64,000 nt of DNA. It comes from Dictyostelium discoideum (taxonomy: Eukaryota). The stretch spans positions 2,592,001 to 2,656,000 of the forward strand of contig CM000152.2 of NCBI GenBank assembly GCA_000004695.1, written 5' to 3'. Made by a program: the position numbers and the translations under genes. Shown here piece by piece: positions 56,955-64,000 of this stretch (positions are counted from its first letter, which is position 1; each line of letters opens with the position of its first letter). Under the pieces are notes generated by a model, which saw only the letters and a list, made by a program, of their open reading frames with translations, searched no databases and was not told the origin of the DNA.

Positions 56955-58296
56955 TTAAAATTCAATTTTAGGCTCCCAATTACCACCATCCCAATTTCTC
57001 ACATTTGAGTGAGTGAGTTGTTGTTTATATTTTGGGCTTCTGTGAATAAGGATTTTGGAATATGGGAAATTTGTTAAAGGAGTATCAAAAAGGAATAACT
57101 CTTTAACTGATTGTGGTATTTCAGTTATTTCTTGATTAAATCCATCTAATAATGACAAAGCAATAACACCATTTGGTATTGAACTTTTTAACAATGGTTT
57201 TTTAATTGCACCAACAAATAGAAATCTAATTGATTGTGGTAGCATGCCTTCTGTCAGTTGAACATTGAATCCATCAAGTAATAGTAAATTTTGAACCGAT
57301 GTTGGAATTGAACCTATTTTAATTGTTTTAACACTTGGTCCAATCGCTACATGAATAGTACCATTTGGAATGATAGAATCATTTTTATAAATAAAATATT
57401 CAGCTGTAAATCTTCCAGCTTTATATAAATAATAATTAAATATTAATAACCCTGTTAAAACAATACTATAGTGTTTTTTAATGATATTTACAAATAACTC
57501 TTTTTGGATCCTTTACATTTGTAATAGAGAGAGAATTGCTAATTTCAAATATTTCTTTAATTGAATTTTTAACTTGTTCGCTATTATTTACAATATTTAC
57601 ATTTTTATATTGATTTATTAATTCTTTGATTTTATTTTCATTTTGATTATCTTTTATTAATAGTTGTGATTGAGAACAATGTTTTAATATTTCAATATGT
57701 TGATCGTTATTATTATTAATGATTTTATCAATATTTATATGATTTATTGTATTTTTATATTTATTTGTAATTAAATTAATATTATTTAAATTATCATGTA
57801 TTGTGGTTGAAATGTTTGTATTGATATCTTTATTTTCATCATAGAGTGTTACTAATTGTTTGATTTTATCAATTTCAATGATTGGTAATAATTTGGAGAG
57901 TTCTTTAAATACTTCTGTGATTGTATTTACATTTTCAGTGTGTTTATCTTCTATTGATTTAAATAAGTTATTTGATTTATTTAATAATTCATTATTGATA
58001 TCAATTTGTTTATCTAAATTTTGAATATGATTATTTTTAAATTCTTCAAAGATTTTTTTTGAATTCTCCACATCTATACGATCAAGTTTATGACCATTAT
58101 GATCTGAAAGAATACATTCAATACATACTACTACCTATTTTATTTATGATAATCATAAAAAATGAGTAAGAATTACCTTTTATTTAAAAGGGTGGAGATA
58201 TGTTACGATATTTACCTTACATGTTGCACATATTATTTTGATTTTGTGCTCTTTATGTATTGCACATTTTCTATCGTATTTATTTTTATTATCCAT
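56955..58296 (-). CDS. B-box zinc finger / FNIP-repeat protein, array copy 1. There are 3 exons: 58216..58296 (B-box: MDNKNKYDRKCAIHKEHKIKIICATCK), 57492..58134 (second half of the B-box, VVVCIECILSDHNGHKLDR, plus a coiled-coil region) and 56955..57418 (FNIP repeats, ending ...NWDGGNWEPKIEF*).
   Basis: Track ORFs 57478..58071 and 56955..57245 lie in the same gene. The donors are AAG|GTAAAT (phase 0) and ATTT|GTAAAT (phase 1). The acceptors are AAATAG| at 58135 and ATAAAG| at 57419 (T+CT = Ser). FNIP signatures: IKIGSIPTSVQNLLLLDGFNVQL, LPQSIRFLFVGAIKKPLLKSSIPNGVIALSLLDGFNQEITEIPQSV. Confidence 0.65.
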
Positions 58297-58444
58297 TGTG
58301 TGAGAGAATTTTTTAGAAAGTTAAAAAAAAAAAAAAATTTTGAAAAAAAAAAAAAAAAAAAAAAAAATTCAACTAACCCAAGATGTTGTTATGAATTTAT
58401 TAAAATCCAGATATTTGTAATTAATAAAGAACAATAATAACTAC

Positions 58445-58530
58445 CTTATAAGTTGATCAAATCAATTAATATCATACTCTTTATGTGTTGCACATTTGTT
58501 ATCATATTTATTTAAATTATTCATTGTGTG
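58445..58530 (-). pseudogene. Stray degenerate copy of the B-box first exon (MNNLNKYDNKCATHKEYDIN*). A second, more degenerate copy lies at ~56040..56140.
   Basis: The reverse complement of CTTTATGTGTTGCACATTTGTTATCATATTTATTTAAATTATTCATTGTGTG parallels exon 1 of copies 1 and 2 but hits a stop after 20 codons. Confidence 0.5.
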
Positions 58531-59014
58531 CGTGTGTTTCAAGACCTTATAAAATTTGAAAAAAAAAAATAAAAAAATAAAAAATTAAAATAATTAAATT
58601 AATCTTTTTTTTTTATGTCGTTTATATTTTTATAATAAAATATTCATATCCTAAAACATAATTTAATATTAATAACCCCTATTAAAACAATCTAATATTA
58701 TTATAATTGTTTTAAAATAATATAGAATATTTACCAATAACTCTTTTTGGGTCTTTTACATTTGTAATAGAGGGAGAATCACTAATTTCAAATATTTCTT
58801 TAAAAATATTTGATTTTATCAATTTTTTTTTTTATGGCAAGTTTCTTTTTTATCAGTTTGTTATAAATCCTATTAAATTATAATAAAATAGTAAAATTTC
58901 TAACTTTTTTTTTCCAGTGGGTGTATATTGTCTCTTGTGAAAAAAATAAAATAAAATAAAATAAAATAAAAAATGATAAACTGGATTTATTTAATGATGT
59001 TTTTATGAATTCAC

Positions 59015-60374
59015 TTAAAATTCAATTATAGGCTCCCAATTTCCTCCATCCCAATTATTCACATTTGAATAAGTGAGTTTTTGTTTATATTTTGAACTTC
59101 TGTAAATGGATTTGGAATATGGGAAATTTGTTAAAAGAGTATCGAAAAGTAATAATTGAAGAACTGATTGTGGTATTTCACTTATTTTTTGATTAAATCC
59201 ATCTAATAAAAACAAACATTGAACACTATTTGGTATTGAACCTTTTAATAATGGTTTTTTAATTGCACCAACTAATAGATACATAATTGATTGTGGTAGC
59301 ATACCTTCTTTTAGTTGAACATTGAATCCATCAAGTAATACCAAATATTTAACCGATGTTGGAATTGAACCTATTTTAATTGTTTTAACACTTGGTGCAA
59401 TCGCTACATGAGTAGTACCATTTGGAATGATAGAATCATTTTTATAAATAAAATATTCTATTCCTGCAGCTTTATATAAATAATAATTTATATTAATAAC
59501 TTCTATTAAAACAATCTAATATTATAATTCTATTAAAATACTATAGTATTTTTTTAAAATATTTACCAGTAACTCTTTTTGGATCCTTTACATTTGTAAT
59601 AGAGAGAGAATTGCTAATTTCAAATATTTCTTTAATTGATTCTTTAACTTGTTTACTATTATTTACAATATTTACATTTTTATATTGATCCATTAATTCA
59701 TTGATTTTATTTTCATTTTGATTATCTTTTATTAATAGTCGTGATTGACAACAATGTTTTAATATTTCAATATGTTGATAACTATTATTATTATTAATGA
59801 TTTGATCAATATTTATTTGATTTATTGTATTTTTATATTTATTTGTAATTAAATTAATATTATTTGAATTATCATGTACAATGGTTGAAATGTTTGTATT
59901 GATATCTTTATTTTCATCATAGAGTGTTACTAATTGTTTGATTTTATTATTTTCAATGATTTGTAATAATTTGAAGAGTTTTTTAAATACTTCTGTGATT
60001 GTATTTACATTTTCAGTGTGTTTATCTTCTAATGATTTAAATAAATTATTTGATTCATTTAATAACTCATTATTGATACCTATTTGTTTATCTAAATTTT
60101 GAAGGTGATTATTTTTAAATTCTTCAAAGATTTCTTTTGAATTCTCTACATCTATACGACCAAATTTATGACCATTATGATCTAAAAGAATACATTCATT
60201 ACATACTACATCCTGTTATAATTGTAATCATACAAAAATGAGCGACAATTACTTTTTATTTAAAGGGTGGAAACATGTTAAAATAATTACCTTACATGTT
60301 GCACAAATCATTTTGATTTTGTGCTCTTTATGTATTGCACATTTGTTATCATATTTATTTATACTATCCATCAT
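59015..60374 (-). CDS. B-box zinc finger / FNIP-repeat protein, array copy 2. There are 3 exons: 60291..60374 (MMDSINKYDNKCAIHKEHKIKMICATCK), 59567..60212 and 59015..59469.
   Basis: The architecture and splice phases match copy 1: donor AAG|GTAATT, acceptor AACAG| at 60213, donor ACTG|GTAAAT, acceptor ATAAAG| at 59470 (G+CT = Ala). The middle exon is open for 215 codons, but the track does not list it because it has no early ATG. The last exon is track ORF 59015..59344. Confidence 0.65.
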
Positions 60375-60699
60375 GTGAAAGAATTTTTATTGAAAATTAG
60401 GGAAAAAAAAAAATTTTAAAAAAAAAAAAAAAATATAAAAAAAATAAAAAAAATAAAAAAAATTTGATCGATGTAAAATTAAATGTTGTAGGGAATTTTT
60501 TTTGAAATTTCGCTTTCTAAACGGCAGTGAATTTTTACACTAAAATACACTGTTATGCATGGTGTAAAAATTCACTAAAATTTTTTTATTTTTATAATTA
60601 AATTAAAAAACAATTTATTTAATCAGAACAATAAAAAACCAATTTTATTCAGTTATTTGCTTGTTATTTATTTTTTTATAACAAAAAAATTTAGTTTGC

Positions 60700-60755
<56 letters not shown>

Positions 60756-61493
60756 CAAATTTTTTTTTTCAACATTAAATAAAATTTTTTTTTTTTTTTT
60801 AAAACAAAAAAGTTAATTTGTTGCAGGGAAATTTTTTTTTTTTTTAAAACAAAAAAGTTAATTTGTTGCAGGGAAATTTAAATTTCTTTCCCCTGAACTG
60901 AGAATTTTATTATTTAATTTCACTACACCAACTGAGTGAAAAAAAAAAAATCATTAACCCACCAAAATTCATTGGTATATTACAAAAGTAAATTGATTTA
61001 TGAAAATGAAATGTTTTTTTTTAAAAATTATATTGTAAAGGTTTTATTTAATAAAGTTTATTGTTATTTTTCTAATTTTACCTTTTTTAAAATTTTTTTT
61101 TAAAGTTCAATTTCAGGCTCCCAATCAATCACATTTGAGTTTTGTAACAAGATCTCAAAAATATCTTGTTAATACTAATATTTATTTAATTTTATGAAAT
61201 GTTCTAAACAGAACATTTAAAAATAACTATTAATATTGAATTAATAATTAAATATTAATTATTACTAACTTAATTTATTTTAATAAATTGTTTCATTTTA
61301 TATAATAAACTCCCTAAACCCAATTAAACAATAATTCAAAAATAAATAATAATTTAGAATATAGTTTTGTTTCAACATTTTATTATGACACATACAATTC
61401 AGAAAATAATAATAATTTATTTTATTGTTTTGTTTAAAGGGGTTTTCTCCCGTTGTAATTAAATTTAATTAATTTTAAATTAAATTTAATTTT

Positions 61494-61541
<48 letters not shown>

Positions 61542-61704
61542 TTTGAATTTCACAAAAGTTTTCGTAATAGATATTAGATACCAGATATTAAAAATGTCAC
61601 ACAAAATCACCATATAAAATAATAATATAAATTTAAAAATAATTAAAAGAGAAAATAATAATTAAATTAAAATAATATAATATTGTAGTTTAAATTGGAT
61701 CTAA

Positions 61705-61832
61705 CCCTATCGGCTGAGGTTGGAGTAGTTAACAGATTTGAGTTCGCTCAAATCTAAGGACTATAAAAGAAAACTAGGTTTCTAATTCAACCTCAGTAAT
61801 AGATATATACAAATAATAAAAACGCGATAGGG
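61705..61832. ncRNA. Candidate structured small RNA of unknown class. It has three nested stems: CCCTATCG/CGATAGGG, CTGAGGTTG/CAACCTCAG, and an internal hairpin GATTTGAG-TTCG-CTCAAATC.
   Basis: The segment is locally GC-rich and sits in an AT-rich intergenic stretch. It has three perfect complementary pairs of 8-9 bp, arranged as a multi-stem fold over 128 nt. No snRNA, snoRNA or tRNA signature was recognised. Confidence 0.3.
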
Positions 61833-61987
61833 CTACGGTCATTAATTAATTTTTGCGTACATTTATTTCTTAAATAATTAATCATTTACTTTAATAATAA
61901 TAAAATAAATAAATTCAATAATAATAAAACAATAAATAAAATTAATAATAAATAATCAAATTTTATTAAATAATTTATTTTAAAAGA

Positions 61988-62290
61988 ATGTCAACTAATA
62001 ATAACGAAGATATTGATAATGATGAATTGCAACAACAGGATAATGAGGAACAAAAACGACAACCACAGGTATCAACATTCAATGAACAGCAACGTCAAAT
62101 AAGGGAACAGCAGCAGGTAATAGATAAACAAAATCAACTTCTTCAACAACACATTCAATTAATAAATCAACAATCTCAACAACAATTAAATAATCATTCG
62201 ACACCACCATCACCCAACATTGCAACACCAATAACTTCAGCAGCAATAACCAACACAATAAAGAAATCATTAGGAAAAATTAACACTGAT
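61988..62290 (+). CDS. Orphan 5' gene fragment, Q-rich N-terminus: MSTNNNEDIDNDELQQQDNEEQKRQPQVSTFNEQQRQIREQQQVIDKQNQLLQQHIQLINQQSQQQLNNHSTPPSPN.... Downstream it is fused to an antisense FNIP exon, so it is probably truncated.
   Basis: ATG in an A-rich context. Its codon usage, with frequent CAG/CAA and ACC/CCA codons, is clearly non-intergenic. The C-terminal third of track ORF 61988..62419 (…KIKSITLFGIEPFNNGFLIAPTNRYN) is just the reverse strand of FNIP coding sequence. Confidence 0.35.
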
Positions 62291-62960
62291 GATACCGACC
62301 ACCAGTTGTTACAAGTTTTTTTGTTAAATCCATCTAATAAAATTAAATCAATAACACTATTTGGTATTGAACCTTTTAACAATGGTTTTTTAATTGCACC
62401 AACTAATAGATATAATTGATTGTGGTAGCATACCTTCTTTTAGTTGAACATTGAATCCATCAAGTAATAGCAAATATTGAACCGATGTTGGAATTGAACC
62501 TATTTTAATTGTTTTAACACTTGGTGCAATCGCTACATAAGTAGTACCGTTTGGAACGATAGAATCATCTTTATAAATATAACATTCCTGCAGCTTTATA
62601 AAATAATAATTTAATATTAATAACCTCTATTAAAACAATCTAATATTATTATAATTGTTGTAGTGAAAAATTTCACCAAGTATAACAGGGAAAAAAAAAT
62701 TGTTAAATTTCCCTACAACAATAATTCTATTAAAATAATATAGAATATTTACCAGTAACTCTTTTTGGATCCTTTACAATTGCAATAGAGAGAGAATCGC
62801 TAATTTCAAATATTTCTTTAATTGATTCTTTAACTTGTTCACTATTATTTACAATATTTACATTTTTTAATTGATTCATTAATTCTTTGATTTTATTTTT
62901 CATTTTGATTATCTTTTATTAATAATTGTGATTGATGACAATGTTTTAATATTTCAATAT
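62194..62960 (-). pseudogene. Truncated third copy of the B-box/FNIP gene. It has part of the coiled-coil exon (62750..62960, running into a (TAA)n tract) and a 5'-truncated FNIP exon (62194..62600). It lacks the B-box exon and the 3' end.
   Basis: The sequence is homologous to copies 1 and 2 (..ITNVKDPKRVTG.., ..GSIPNSVIDLILLDGFNKK..). Identity breaks off at ~62290-62400, where an unrelated plus-strand Q-rich ORF begins. Confidence 0.5.
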
Positions 62961-62974
62961 GTTGATAACTATTA

Positions 62975-63051
<77 letters not shown>

Positions 63052-63383
63052 TTATTATACTAATAATAATATAGATTTATGAAAAAATGAAAAGTTGTAT
63101 GCAAGGAAATAATGGAAAAGAGATATGATAAACTTGTTGAATCAGTTGGCTTTTTAAAACATCCTATATCTAATGTGCTTTATCGTGCAATTGCTGCTGA
63201 ATCTACCTCTATTGTTATTGAAACTCCCACTGATTACCAAATCCAAAAAAAATTACTATTCTGGTAAAAGCAAAAGTCATGTGGTTAAATTATTCGTAAA
63301 CATGATAGCTTTCCAATCTTGGGTAATTATTTTAAATAACCAAATCACTACCTCTTACCTTAATACTTTGTTATTAATTTTTA

Positions 63384-63426
<43 letters not shown>

Positions 63427-63595
63427 TATTTGTAACATTATTATTTTATTTTTTTTTGGAAAAAAAATATTCAAAATACGGTAAACATTTTTTAATTAAT
63501 TTACCCTAAGCATACTTGAACCTATTTTTTTATTATCTTGTATCATGGTAATATTTTTAGGTTTAGTTAATAATTTTGATAATTTCCAACATAAA

Positions 63596-63638
<43 letters not shown>

Positions 63639-64000
63639 TTATTATTATAATAATTATATATTATTGGTATTTTTTATTTATAAAAATTAAAATCTGGGAC
63701 AATAAAAAAAAATAAAATAACAAAATTTGTTTAAGGGTCATTTTTATTTTTATTGATTTTATTGATTTTATTTTTATTATTTTTATTGATTTTATTATTT
63801 TTATTTTTGTCGTTTGAGAAAGTTTTTTTTTTTTTTTTTTTTGCTTGGAATCTAATAAAATAAATTGTTGTAATTGAATTAATTTTTTTGTTTGATAAAT
63901 ATTATTTATAAGCAGAAAGTTAAATAATTAAGATTAATATTTAATTAGCTATATAAGATTGGAAAAAAAAAAAAAAAAAAAAAAAATTCGGTCTAATTGA

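Overview
This is nuclear genomic DNA from Dictyostelium discoideum or a very close dictyostelid; the organism call is inferred from sequence character alone. It is ~78% A+T, with long homopolymer A/T tracts and (CAA)n/(AAT)n runs encoding polyQ/polyN inside genes. Introns are short (~80-190 nt), AT-rich and GTAAGT/GTAAAT-initiated, and a TRE-type non-LTR retrotransposon sits beside a tRNA gene. The window is gene-dense, with ~25 protein genes, most of them spliced. The six-frame track often stops at an in-frame TAA that is really an AG|GTAA splice donor, so exon joins were rebuilt by hand and checked for phase.

- **Genes recognised by homology:**
  - ALG3 mannosyltransferase, whose ORF continues unbroken into a ~540-codon upstream signal-peptide ORF
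  - mitochondrial isovaleryl-CoA dehydrogenase
  - a DUF1295 membrane protein
  - an N-myristoylated CAMK-like Ser/Thr kinase
  - LSm1
  - a YgiD/LigB-type extradiol dioxygenase
  - a saposin-like secreted protein
  - an expansin-like protein whose first exon was not found
  - DPH2
  - an SSAT-like GNAT acetyltransferase
  - a TM2-domain protein
- **Other coding features:**
  - two near-identical tandem LRR / EGF-like type I membrane genes
  - two paralogs of a dictyostelid-specific family with a shared N-terminal motif
  - a giant low-complexity coiled-coil protein that runs into an assembly gap
  - a tandem array of B-box/FNIP-repeat genes at 56-63 kb that is partly decayed
- **RNA genes:** tRNA-Cys(GCA) on the plus strand, and tRNA-His(GUG) on the minus strand with an inverted partial duplicate of itself and its upstream flank.
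- **Mobile DNA:**
  - A full-length 5.25-kb TRE3-type retrotransposon lies 134 bp downstream of tRNA-Cys, with a 20-bp target-site duplication and a poly(A) tail.
  - Next to the 100-N gap is a ~1.9-kb unit bounded by >=135-bp inverted repeats built from 16-bp palindromic subterminal units (GCTGAAATTAATATGG / CCAAAATTAATATGG). This looks like an unclassified DNA-transposon/MITE-like element; a solo copy of the same end disrupts an FNIP exon.
- **Other oddities:**
  - a 105-nt near-perfect hairpin whose only two mismatches are G-U wobbles
  - a 128-nt nested-stem candidate ncRNA
  - a chimeric junction between a Q-rich ORF and an antisense FNIP exon

No CRISPR arrays, rRNA or prokaryotic defence systems are present.
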